Positions 28,368-41,199 of a stretch of 64,000 nt of DNA are shown in pieces. Made by a program: the position numbers and the translations under genes. The notes beneath the pieces are model-generated. The model was given only the letters and a program-made list of their open reading frames with translations, ran no database searches and had not been told where the DNA came from. Origin of the DNA: Eledone cirrhosa (lineage: Eukaryota); contig OZ024747.1 of NCBI GenBank assembly GCA_964016885.1, forward strand, positions 3,844,001-3,908,000, given 5' to 3'. How positions within the stretch are numbered: position 1 is the first letter of the stretch; the number at the start of each line of letters is the position of its first letter.

Positions 28368-29238
28368 TTATGCCAGTTACTTTACCCCTTTCATGACCAG
28401 AATTGTAATGAAATATACTCTATTTCAATTATGAAAAAGAATTTTGAGGTATTTACTAAAATTATTATTTCATTACTAAGATAGTAACTTGTAAGTTCCT
28501 TATAAAATTTTGTTGGAAGATTTTTTTATCTTGGAAACCTTTAAAAGGGTGGCTTTATTTTATAGAAGCTGAGCCAGTCTGGTTGGGTTGGTAACTAAAG
28601 GATTAAGTTTGGTGAGAAAGTATCTGTAAATGTTGCCTTTGGTAGACTAAAAACTTATCCAAGGGTAGAATTATCTCTTTTATGTTCCATGCTACGAAGC
28701 CAAGACAAACCATTAGCTCCCTCGTATTGGTGTGTATACAGACAACATTATATACAAACATATGCATATGTATATACACATACAAGCACACACATACACA
28801 CACACAGACAGTTTTGCATGCACACACATAATATATGCATACACATAGCAAATGCACTCACAATATATGTATGAAATGTTATCTTAAATCAGTTGCCTAC
28901 GTATGTGTACTTCTCAATGTAACTGCCTCCAGACACCATTGTCTCTAAGCTGTGCAGGTGTATACATACACACATTCTTTACAACCAGCAAACCAAACAA
29001 AAGAAGTGAATGTATGCAGAATAGTGGCCTGAAATCCTATAACAACTAATAATCATCTCTAAGCAGAAGCAGAGTTGCTTGTTTAAGGAGTTTACTTCAT
29101 AAACATGTGATTTTGTGTTCAATTCTGCCGTGGAATAGCTTGGACAAGTGAGATATAGGATCAAATCTATTTTAGCTCTGGGATGACCAATGACATGTGA
29201 GTGAAATTGTGCAGAAGTTTGTCCTATACATACAGACA

Positions 29239-29269
<31 letters not shown>

Positions 29270-29279
29270 GTATATATAT

Positions 29280-30350
29280 ATAATACAGAAGACCCGCCTT
29301 GCCTATGTACAAAGCGAAACCTACAGTCAGTAGGCACCTCTTAACCAAATATACACCCCAATCCACTACCCCTACTCCATCCCCCCACTCCCACCAACAC
29401 CACCCTCTCTCTGTAAAGTTGGTACCACAACATCCAGTCCAAATAAATGAGATAATGAGATCGAGATTGAGGTCGTGTAGGGGTCACAACACAACACAGT
29501 CCACACTGTAATGTGGCCCTGTATGTAGCACGGTAAAAGGCTCCCAGTCCACACTGTAATGTGGCCCTGTATGTAGCACGGTAAAAGGCTCCCAGTCCAC
29601 ACTGTAATGTGGCCCTGTAGGTAGCACGGTAAAAGGCTCCCAGTCCACACTGTAATGTGGCCCTGTAGGTAGCACGGTAAAAGGCTCCCAGTCCACACTG
29701 TAATGTGGCCCTGTAGGTAGCACGGTAAAAGGCTCCCAGTCCACACTGTAATGTGGCCCTGTAGGTAGCACGGTAAAAGGCTCCCAGTCCACACTGTAAT
29801 GTGGCCCTGTAGGTACCACGGTAAAAGGCTCCCAGTCCACACTGTAATGTGGCCCTGTAGGTAGCACGGTAAAAGGCTCCCAGTCCACACTGTAATGTGG
29901 CCCTGTAGGTAGCACGGTAAAAGGCTCCCAGTCCACACTGTAATGTGGCCCTGTAGGTACCACGGTAAAAGGCTCCCAGTCCACACTGTAATGTGGCCCT
30001 GTAGGTAGCACGGTAAAAGGCTCCCAGTCCACACTGTAATGTGGCCCTGTAGGTAGCACGGTAAAAGGCTCCCAGTCCACACTGTAATGTGGCCCTGTAG
30101 GTAGCACGGTAAAAGGCTCCCAGTCCACACTGTAATGTGGCCCTGTAGGTACCACGGTAAAAGGCTCCCAGTCCACACTGTAAATGTGGTTAGTGTTAGG
30201 AAGGGTATCCAGCTGTAGAAAACCTGCCAGACAGTCCTATGCGAGGGAGACACGGTCACCTGACCAACCTTGCCTCAAATATTTTTTTTTGGGGGACAAC
30301 TCCCGTCTAACCCATGCTAGCATGGAAGATAGATGTTAAATGATGATGAT
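29280..30350 (+). mobile_element. 5'-truncated RTE LINE 3' end containing an internal tandem expansion
   Basis: Flanks are colinear with 12294-12708. Confidence 0.85.
29497..30183. repeat. 48-bp minisatellite, 14 copies plus a partial
   Basis: Unit CAGTCCACACTGTAATGTGGCCCTGTAGGTAGCACGGTAAAAGGCTCC at 29497, 29545 ... 30121, partial at 30169. Confidence 0.97.
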
Positions 30351-30351
30351 A

Positions 30352-31886
30352 GTGGTGGTGGTGGTGGTGGTGGTGGTGGTGGTGGTGAGGAGGAGGAGGA
30401 TAGTGGTGATGGTGGTGGTGGTGGTGGAGATGAGAGGAGGATAGTGGTGGTGGTGGTGGTGGAGATGAGGAGGAGGAGGAGGATAGTGGTGGTGGTGGTG
30501 GTGGAGATGAGAGGAGGATAGTGGTGGTGGTGGTGGTGGAGATGAGGAGGAGGAGGAGGATAGTGGTGGTGGTGGTGGTGGAGATGAGGAGGAGGAGGAG
30601 GATAGTGGTGGTGGTGGTGGTGGAGATGAGGAGGAGGAGGAGGAGGAGGATAGTGGTGGTGGTGGTGGTGGTGGAGATGAGGAGGAGGAGGAGGAGGATA
30701 GTGGTGGTGGTGGTGGTGGTGGAGATGAGGAGGAGGAGGAGGAGGAGGAGGAGGAGGAGGATAGTGGTGGTGGTGGTGGTGGTGGAGATGAGGAGGAGGA
30801 GGAGGAGGAGGAGGAGGAGGATAGTGGTGGTGGTGGTGGTGGTGGAGATGAGGAGGAGGAGGAGGAGGAGGAGGATAGTGGTGGTGGTGGTGGTGGAGAT
30901 GAGGAGGAGGAGGAGGAGGATAGTGGTGGTGGTGGTGGTGGTGGAGATGAGGAGGAGGAGGAGGAGGAGGAGGAGGAGGATAGTGGTGGTGGTGGTGGTG
31001 GTGGAGATGAGGAGGAGGAGGAGGAGGAGGAGGATAGTGGTGGTGGTGGTGGTGGAGATGAGGAGGAGGAGGAGGAGGAGGATAGTGGTGGTGGTGGTGG
31101 TGGAGAGGAGGAGGAGGAGGAGGAGGAGGATAGTGGTGGTGGTGGTGGTGGAGATGAGGAGGAGGAGGAGGAGGAGGAGGATAGTGGTGGTGGTGGTGGT
31201 GGAGAGGAGGAGGAGGAGGAGGAGGAGGATAGTGGTGGTGGTGGTGGTGGAGAGGAGGAGGAGGAGGAGGAGGAGGATAGTGGTGGTGGTGGTGGTGGAG
31301 ATGAGGAGGAGGAGGAGGAGGAGGATAGTGGTGGTGGTGGTGGTGGAGATGAGGAGGAGGAGGAGGAGGAGGAGGATAGTGGTGGTGGTGGTGGTGGAGA
31401 GGAGGAGGAGGAGGAGGAGGAGGAGGAGGATAGTGGTGGTGGTGGTGGTGGAGAGGAGGAGGAGGAGGAGGATAGTGGTGGTGGTGGTGGTGGAGATGAG
31501 GAGGAGGAGGAGGAGGAGGAGGATAGTGGTGGTGGTGGTGGTGGAGAGGAGGAGGAGGAGGAGGAGGAGGAGGAGGATAGTGGTGGTGGTGGTGGTGGAG
31601 AGGAGGAGGAGGAGGAGGATAGTGGTGGTGGTGGTGGTGGAGAGGAGGAGGAGGAGGAGGAGGAGGAGGATAGTGGTGGTGGTGGTGGTGGAGAGGAGGA
31701 GGAGGAGGAGGAGGAGGAGGAGGAGGATAGTGGTGGTGGTGGTGGTGGAGATGAGGAGGAGGAGGAGGAGGAGGAGGATAGTGGTGGTGGTGGTGGTGGA
31801 GAGGAGGAGGAGGAGGAGGATAGTGGTGGTGGTGGTGGTGGAGAGGAGGAGGAGGAGGAGGAGGAGGATAGTGGTGGTGGTGGAGA
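30352..31886. repeat. Higher-order compound repeat [ATA(GTG)6-7 GAG(ATG)(AGG)5-11]n
   Basis: Direct reading; source of the 500-700 aa homopolymer ORFs. Confidence 0.97.
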
Positions 31887-33173
31887 TGTTTCTGTACACA
31901 TACTTTTGTAACATGTCTATATGTGTGTGTATATATATATGTATGTGTGCATGTGTGTGTATATATGTGTGCATGTGTGCATGTGTGTGTATATATATAT
32001 GTATGTGTGCATGTGTGTGTATATATGTGTGCATGTGTGCATGTGTGTGTATATATGTATGTATGTGTGCATGTGTGTGTATGTATGTATGTATGTGTGC
32101 ATGTGTGTGTATATATATATGTATGTGTGCATGTGTGTGTATGTATGTATGTATGTGTGCATGTGTGTGTATATATGTATGTATGTGTGCATGTGTGTGT
32201 ATGTATGTATGTATGTGTGCATGTGTGTGTATGTATGTATGTATGTGTGCATGTGTGTGTATGTATGTATGTATGTATGTGTGCATGTGTGTGTATGTGT
32301 GTGCATGTGTGCATGTGTGTGTATGTATGTGTGCATGTGTGCATGTGTGTGTATATATGTATGTATGTGTGCATGTGTGTGTGTATATGTATGTGTATAT
32401 CTATATGAGTGTGTTTGTGTAGACTATACACACATTAAGTGATCACTCGCCCTGCTAGAAATAACAACTAAATCTCCTTCAAATCTCACTTTAACTCTTA
32501 ATAAAAAGATGGACACTTTGTATGATGTGTCTGATAGAGTATTTCTGATAGATTGGATGGTCATGGCTGGAAAGACTTTAATCATAGGTGAACTTTCATT
32601 AGAGGTCGATAGCAATAAACAACATCAATGGTAAACACACACATACACACACACACATGTACACATGCACACACACACACACACATGTGCACATACACAC
32701 ATACACATGTACACATACACACATACACACACACATACACACACATATGCACATACACACATATACACATGTACATATACACACACATGTGCACATACAC
32801 ACATATATACACACACACACATACACACATATACACACATATACACACACATGTGCACATGTGCACATACACACACATTCACACGTACACACACACATAT
32901 ACACACACACATATACACACATACACACACACATATACACACAAACACACACACACATATACACATACACAAACACACACACACATATACACACACAAAC
33001 AAATGGCTTTTATTGCAGATCAATGGTATGATTGTGTGTGTAATTATGTCTGTCTGTGTGTTGTTCGTGCGTGTGTATGTGTGTGTGCCTGCATGTGTGT
33101 TTATGTGTTTATGTGAATGTGTGTATGCTTGTTTGAGTGTATGTACAACATATTGATTTCTGTCTCTCTCTCA

Positions 33174-33229
<56 letters not shown>

Positions 33230-33234
<5 letters not shown>

Positions 33235-33418
33235 AACGAGTAGGACCCCGACGGCTGAGCTCAAGCTGTTTCGACGGCTAATTCTGGACTTTAGCCGTCG
33301 AAACGGCTTGAGCTCAGCCGTCGGGGTCCTACTCGTTCCTATTACCCACTCTACTACCCTAAGTATTGAGTACTTTGGTGCGTTATGGTCCACCTGGTTC
33401 CTTACCACATTTCCTTCG

Positions 33419-33420
<2 letters not shown>
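33230..33420. mobile_element. Fold-back element in (TA)n carrying the 3' half of a hammerhead ribozyme on both arms
   Basis: 52-bp arms 33230-33281 and 33291-33342 (1 mismatch), 9-nt loop. GACGGCTAA-loop-TTAGCCGTC-GAAA-CGGCT-tgagctc-AGCCG-TC corresponds to stem II, GAAA, stem III and a GUC site. Confidence 0.7.
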
Positions 33421-33463
<43 letters not shown>

Positions 33464-33702
33464 ACATAAACAGAGAACGCCTTAAGCGATACTCTGTCAT
33501 CTCACTCAACAAACGTTAGGATATACCTAAGTATTATCCCAATTTAGTGTTTGGGGTGCTAACTAATCAGTATTTCGTGGATAGCTGGTTGTATTATTTT
33601 ATATGAGATATTATATTAAATAAATATCTCTTTCCTTCCAGACAGCCGTTTCGTTATAAGATTTCTACAATTTGGGATAAATATATATATATATATATAA
33701 AT

Positions 33703-34298
33703 ATAAGTATGTATACGTACATACATATATGTATACAGACGTACAGTAGTATGTATATATATACACATACATGCACACATATATATATGTATGTCCGTAT
33801 GGGTTTACCGAACATTTATTATAATGTTCGGTATGTTTGTAAACAAACAGCCCGAATTTACGCCGTACAGTGCTCGGCAACCATCGTCGCCCTTTTGTTC
33901 AACACTGACAAAGGAACGATGTACAAGTTTCAAGCTTATTAGCTATCGTCAACATCATATACCTTTCTGTCAGATGATTGAACGTCTGAAGTATATACTT
34001 TCCTGATGCATATTAACGGCTGAGCAGCCTAATTTGCATATCAAGTGAGTTAATCGGCCGGGCGCACCGAAAACGATAAATGGAAAAGAATGAAACGAAA
34101 TTTCATTTCTCGCTCTTATAATAAATTATAATACATTATAATAAATGTTAGGTAAATCCATACGTACATATATATATGTGTGCATGTATGTATATATATA
34201 TACATACTACTGTACGTCTGTACACATATACGTATGTACGTATACATACTTATGTTTAGGTAACGGCCGTACTAAGAGTGGGAAATGAAATTTCGTTT

Positions 34299-34302
<4 letters not shown>
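33703..34302. mobile_element. ~435-bp circularly permuted unit followed by an inverted partial copy, in (TA)n
   Basis: 33703-33827 is the reverse complement of 34133-34253, and 34089-34118 is the reverse complement of 34273-34302. Same family as 10838-11335. Confidence 0.7.
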
Positions 34303-34376
<74 letters not shown>

Positions 34377-34459
34377 CATACACAAATATACTGATACATA
34401 CGCACAGACACATAACAGCATACATAAATACACACTAAGATATATACACACATGGCGAC

Positions 34460-37430
34460 ACACACACACAACCACACATACAACCACACATACAACCACA
34501 CACACAACCACACACACAACCACACACACACAACCACACACACAACCACACATACAACCACACACACAACCATATAATCACACACACAACCGCACATACA
34601 ACCACGCATACAACCACACATACAACCACACATACAACCACACACACAACCACACACACAACCACACACACAACCACACACACACAACCACACATACAAC
34701 CACACACACAACCACACATACAACCACACACAACCACACACACAACCACACACACAACCACACACACAACCACACACACAACCACACACACAACCACACA
34801 CACACAACCACACACACAACCACACACACAACCACACATACAACCACACACACAACCACACATAGAACCATACACACAACCACACACACAACCACACACA
34901 CACAACCACACATACAACCACACACACACAACCACACACACACATACAACCACACATACAACCACACATACAACCACACATACAACCACACACACAACCA
35001 CACACACAACCACACACACAACCACACATACAACCACACACACAACCACACACACAACCACACATACAACCACACACACAACCACACACACAACCACACA
35101 CACAACCACACACACAACCACACATACAACCATACACACAACCACACAACCACACACACAACCACACATACAACCACACACACAACCACACATACAACCA
35201 CACACACAACCACACACACAACCACACATACAACCACACATACAACCACACACATAACCACACATACAACCACACACACAACCACACACACAACCACACA
35301 CACAACCACACACACAACCACACATACAACCATACACACAACCACACACACACAACCACACACGCAACCACACACACAACCACACACACAACCACACACA
35401 ACCACACATACAACCACACACACAACCACACACACAACCAGACACACACAACCACACATACAACCACACATACAACAACACATACAACCACACACACAAC
35501 CACACATACAACCACACACACAACCACACACACAACCACACACAACCACACACACAACCACACATACAACAACACATACAACCACACACACAACCACACA
35601 CACAACCACACGCACAACCACACATACAACCACACACACACAACCACACACACAACCACACATACAACCACACATACAACCACACACACAACCACACAGA
35701 ACCACACACACAACCACACACACAACCACACACACAACCACACACACACCACACACACACAACCACACACACAACCACACACACAACCACACATACAACC
35801 CCACACACAACCACACATACAGCCACACATACAACCACACACACACAACCACACACATACAACCACACACACAACCACACATACAACCACACACACAACC
35901 ACACACAACCACACAACCACACACACAACCACACACACACAACCACACATACAACCCCACACACAACCACACATACAACCACACACACAACCACACATAC
36001 AACCACACACACACAACCACACACATACAACCACACACACAACCACACACACAACCACACATACAACCACACACACAACCACACATACAACCACACACAC
36101 AACCACACACACAACCACACATACAACCACACATACAACCACACACACAAGCACACACACAACCACACACAACCACACACACAACCACACACACAACCAC
36201 ACACACACAACCACACATACAACCCCACACACAACCACACATACAACCACACATACAACCACACGCACAACCACACATACAACGACACACACACAACCAC
36301 ACACACAACCACACATACAACCACACATACAACCACACACACAAGCACACACACAACCACACAGAACCACACACACAACCACACGCACAACCACACACAC
36401 AACCACACACACAACCACACACACACCACACACACACAACCACACACACAACCACACACACAACCACACATACAACCCCACACACAACCACACATACAAC
36501 CACACATACAACCACACACACACAACCACACACATACAACCACACACACAACCACACATACAACCACACACACAACCACACACAACCACACACACAACCA
36601 CACACACAACCACACACACACAACCACACATACAACCCCACACACAACCACACATACAACCACACACACAACCACACATACAACCACACACACACAACCA
36701 TACACATACAACCACACACACAACCACACACACAACCACACACAACCACACACACAACCACACACACAACCACACATACAACCACACATACAACCACACA
36801 CACACAACCACACACACAACCACACACACAACCACACACACAACCACACACACAACCACACATACAACCACACACACAACCACACACAACCACACACACA
36901 ACCACACACAACCACACACACAACCACACACACAACCACACACAACCACACACACAACCACACATACAACCACACACACAACCACACACACAACCACACA
37001 CACAACCACACACACACAACCACACACATACAACCACACACACAACCACACACACAACCACACATACAACCACACATACAACCACACACACACAACCACA
37101 CACATACAACCACACACACAACCACACACACAACCACACATACAACCACACACACAACCACACACACAACCACACATACAACCACACACACAACCACACA
37201 CACACAACCACACACATACAACCACACACACAACCACACACACAACCACACACACAACCACACACACAACCACACACACAACCACACATACAACCACACA
37301 CAGAACCACACACAACCACACACACAACCACACACACAACCACACACACAACCACACACAACCACACACAACCACACACACAACCACACACACAACCACA
37401 CACACAACCACACACACAACCACACACACA
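34460..37430. repeat. ~3-kb (ACCACACACACA / ACCACACATACA)n 10-14-mer satellite
   Basis: Direct reading; source of the ~1000-aa HT/CV ORFs. Confidence 0.97.
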
Positions 37431-37443
37431 ATCTCAACATTGC

Positions 37444-37934
37444 AAGGTATTGTAATCAGAGATAGAGACTTCTAGATAACAATACCAACTGATAACATTA
37501 AGCAGAGTATAGAAAGGTATTGTAATCAGAGATAGAGACTTCTAGATAACAATACCAACTGATAACATTAAGCAGAGTATAGAAAGGTATTGTAATCAGA
37601 GATAGAGACTTCTAGATAACAATACCAACTGATAACATTAAGCAGAGTATCGAAAGGTATTGTAATCAGAGATAGAGACTTCTAGATAACAATACCAACT
37701 GATAACATTAAGCAGAGTATAGAAAGGTATTGTAATCAGAGATAGAGACTTCTAGATAACAATACCAACTGATAACATTAAGCAGAGTATCGAAAGGTAT
37801 TGTAATCAGAGATAGAGACTTCTAGATAACAATACCAACTGATAACATTAAGCAGAGTATAGAAAGGTATTGTAATCAGAGATAGAGACTTCTAGATAAC
37901 AATACCAACTGATAACATTAAGCAGAGTATAGAA
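37444..37934. repeat. 70-bp minisatellite, 7 near-identical copies
   Basis: Unit AAGGTATTGTAATCAGAGATAGAGACTTCTAGATAACAATACCAACTGATAACATTAAGCAGAGTATAGA. Confidence 0.97.
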
Positions 37935-38014
37935 CAATAACCTGAACCCTATTTAGTATCAATAACCATTTGATAACATTATCTTTGAGTTTCCTCTCTC
38001 TCTCTATATATATA

Positions 38015-39300
38015 TCATCATCATCATCATCATCATCACCATCATCATCATCATCGTTTAACGTCCATCTTCCACACTAGCATGGGTTTGGACGGGAATT
38101 TTCCCCACTTGAGGCAAGTTTGGTTGTCTTGCTCATATAGGACTGTCTGGCAGGTTTTCTATGGCTGGATGCCCTTCCTAACACTAAGCACGTTTACAGT
38201 GTGGACTGGGAGGTTTTTACTGTGTTACCTACATGGCCACATTACAGCGTGGACTGTGTGTTTTTTTTTGTCATGACATCTACACGACCTCATTTATTTT
38301 GGACTGGATGTTGTGGTACCAACATAACTTTACATTGAAAGGGGTGGTGTGGATGGGGTGAGGCTAGTGGGACGGGGGTGTATTTTGCTAAGCGGTGCCT
38401 ACTGACTGTAGGTTTCACTTTGCACTTAGGTAAGGCGGGTCTTCTGTATTACTGTGTAGTGCCAAAGATCTCGGTCCAGTGACATTGCCTTGGAGAGGTG
38501 TAAGTGTGTGAGGTCGGAATTTATCAAGTCGTCCCAAGTTTTTCTGGGTCTGCCTACTCCGTGGCTACCGTCTATTTTGATCACCCTGCACTTTTTTATA
38601 CAGCTGTCATCTTTCATGCCCATCACGTGACCATACCAACGTAGTCTTCTCTCGAGTAAACAGCATCTGATCCCTCTTATTCCTAATTTCTCACTTAGTT
38701 CATTTATGCTTTGCCGTTCACGTATATTACTATTACACATCCAACGGAGCATGCAAGCTTCGTTCCTCTCCAGTCTGCGTAGATCCTCTGCAGACAATGC
38801 CCAAGTCTCACTGCCATGTAACATTGCTGTTTATATGCAGGCATCATACAGCCTGCCTTTCATTTTCAGAGAGAACCTTTTAGCGGCCAATAGTAGTATA
38901 AGCTCTCTGAACATTTTCCATCCCGTTCTAACTCTAGCTACTGTACTTTCAAAGCACCCTCCCCCACTGCTGATTTCGTCGCCCAGGTAACGAAAAGTGT
39001 CTACTATTTCTATAGAACCATCTGTGCAATGGAATGAGCTAGTATTCTGTGGGTACTTGCTGCTACTTATTGCACCTGAGCACCGGCCACATATAAAATC
39101 TATATTCTTAGTTAGCTTACCTGTGATCCCACTACATGTTTTATGCACCAATACTTTGCATTTGGGACATAAAATGGAGTTTCTGCCTACTCCTTTCCTA
39201 CACACTGAGAATGGCCATTTCCCAGATGGGACCAGTGCCCTATTTTAAACTAGAACTTTAGTCTTAGACAGGTTAATTTTAAGGCCTTTTGATTCTAGGC
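38015..39300 (-). mobile_element. 5'-truncated, inactivated RTE-clade LINE (Cys/His finger, RT C-terminal region, 3' UTR, (GAT)n tail)
   Basis: ORFs 38831-39205 and 38426-38824 are in one frame split by a single TAA. Motifs FRYLG, MLHGSETW, RRLRWYGHV, GRPRKTW and DRDLW are typical of RTE/BovB-like ORFs. Confidence 0.92.
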
Positions 39301-39307
39301 CATATAT

Positions 39308-39646
39308 ATCATCATCATCATCATCATTTCATTTTACGTCCGCTTTTCCCTGCTTGCAAGGGTGGGACGGGAACTGATTCTGGCTTGATTTCTACAGCTG
39401 GATGCCCTTCCTAACACCAACCTCATTTACAGTGTGGGCTGGGTGCTTTTTTGCCGTGGCACCTCCACAACCACTTTGCAGTGGAATGATATGGACCCCA
39501 GTCCCTATTATCTCATTTCTACAGCTGAGTAAACTGGAGCAATGTGAAATAAAGTGTCTTGCTCAAGGAAACAACACATCACCCGGTCTGAGAATTGAAC
39601 TCACAACCTTTTAATTGCAAGGCCAATGCTCTAACCACTAAGCCAT
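39308..39646 (-). mobile_element. CORE-like tRNA SINE with RTE tail
   Basis: Minus strand: A-box TGGCTTAGTGG, B-box GAGTTCAATTC, core GTGTTGTTTCCTTGAGCAAGACACTTTATTTCACATTGCTCCAG, (GAT)n tail. Confidence 0.88.
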
Positions 39647-39959
39647 GTATATATATGGCTTAGTGGTTAGAGAAAAAAAGGGAGGTGGATTGGCACTATC
39701 GGTAGAGCGTCCTTCCACATCTTGTGCAGATCTGGTTAAAGGACACCCAATGTTCTCTAGGAATGTCAAAGCTGGCTGGTTTAATGTAGGGTCGTGGATA
39801 CATTCCATAATCTTCAACACTCTTCCTTCAGATCAAAGTTATTGTCTTGATGGAAAATAAATGACAGCCCTGTATGAGACTGTGGGGACCCTGACCAGAC
39901 AATGCTGCATGTTGCTTAGGATTTCCTCCTCAGACGTTTTTATAGTGGCCTTGAGGCAA

Positions 39960-41193
39960 TCCATAATACCACATATGACACTCACCAATCTTGATCTGTC
40001 TCCCTAATTGTGTATATGTCATACAAGAAGAAGGTAGAGTATCAGACAATATGTTCCATGTGTCTGACACACGTCGACATGCCACCAAAGTCAGCAAACA
40101 GCATAGCCTCCATGGCTTTTGGAAACAGATTTTCACGCTCAGAGTTGTTGAAGCATGGAACAAACTACCTGCATCAGTTGTTAGCTGTAGAGACACTGCA
40201 TCCTTTAAAACGTCCATAGAACACACTACCTGCATCAGTTGTTAGCTGTAGAGACACTGCATCCTTGAAAACCTCCATGGAACAAACTACCTGCATCAGT
40301 TGTTAGCTGTAGAGACACTGCATCCTTTAAAACCTCCATAGAACACACTACCTGTATCAGTTGTTAGCTGTAGAGACACTGCATCCTTTAAAACCTCCAT
40401 GGAACAAACTACCTGCATCAGTTGTTAGCTGTAGAGACACTGCATCCTTTAAAACCTCCATGGAACAAACTACCTGCATCAGTTGTTAGCTGTAGAGACA
40501 CTGCATCCTTTAAAACCTCCATGGACAAACTACCTGCATCAGTTGTTAGCTGTAGAGACACTGCATCCTTTAAAACGTCCATAGAACACACTACCTGCAT
40601 CAGTTGTTAGCTGTAGAGACACTGCATCCTTTAAAACCTCCATGGAACAAACTACCTGCATCAGTTGTTAGCTGTAGAGACACTGCATCCTTTAAAACCT
40701 CCATGGAACAAACTACCTGTATCAGTTGTTAGCTGTAGAGACACTGCATCCTTTAAAACCTCCATGGAACAAACTACCTGCATCAGTTGTTAGCTGTAGA
40801 GACACTGCATCCTTTAAAACCTCCATGGAACAAACTACCTGCATCAGTTGTTAGCTGTCGAGACACTGCATCCTTTAAAACCTCCATGGAACAAACTACC
40901 TGTATCAGTTATTAGCTGTTGAAACACTGCATCCTTTAAAACCTCCATGGAACAAACTACCTGCATCAGTTGTTAGCTGTCGAGACACTGCATCCTTTAA
41001 AACCTCCATGCTTCCTGAGATTCGCCAACACTACACCTAATATTCCCTCTCCATACACACGCACACATGTATATCATGACTCATATACTATTCACTTCCC
41101 TGACATTTGTATATTATTCTATGTACTATACATGCACCTTTGATGAGTTGTAGTGCACCTGAGCATTGTACACAATAATTTCATTATTATTAT
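39960..41193 (+). mobile_element. CR1/L2-like LINE 3' end with internal tandem expansion and (ATT)n tail
   Basis: Translates ...FWKQIFTLRVVEAWNKLPASVVSCRDTASFKTSM, the CR1-type RVV..WN.LP..VV.....FK motif. The 3' UTR is repeated at 50226-50465. Confidence 0.85.
40155..41010. repeat. 61-bp minisatellite, 14 copies, derived from LINE coding sequence
   Basis: Unit ATGGAACAAACTACCTGCATCAGTTGTTAGCTGTAGAGACACTGCATCCTTTAAAACCTCC. Confidence 0.97.
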
Positions 41194-41199
41194 GATATG

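Noticed and set aside
29372-30259. 295-aa and 230-aa repeat proteins on the - strand
   Set aside because: The 48-bp unit is a multiple of 3 and derives from an RTE 3' UTR.
30307-32442. 500-700 aa poly-His/Pro/Ser/Arg ORFs (extensin-like)
   Set aside because: Triplet repeat artefacts.
33630-33680. - strand CGAAACGGCTGTC, a possible hammerhead 3' half
   Set aside because: No CUGANGA or stem II before the insert ends in (TA)n.
34272-37455. ~1000-aa His/Thr- or Cys/Val-rich ORFs on both strands
   Set aside because: Stop-free translations of a CA satellite, open in several frames with no domain content.
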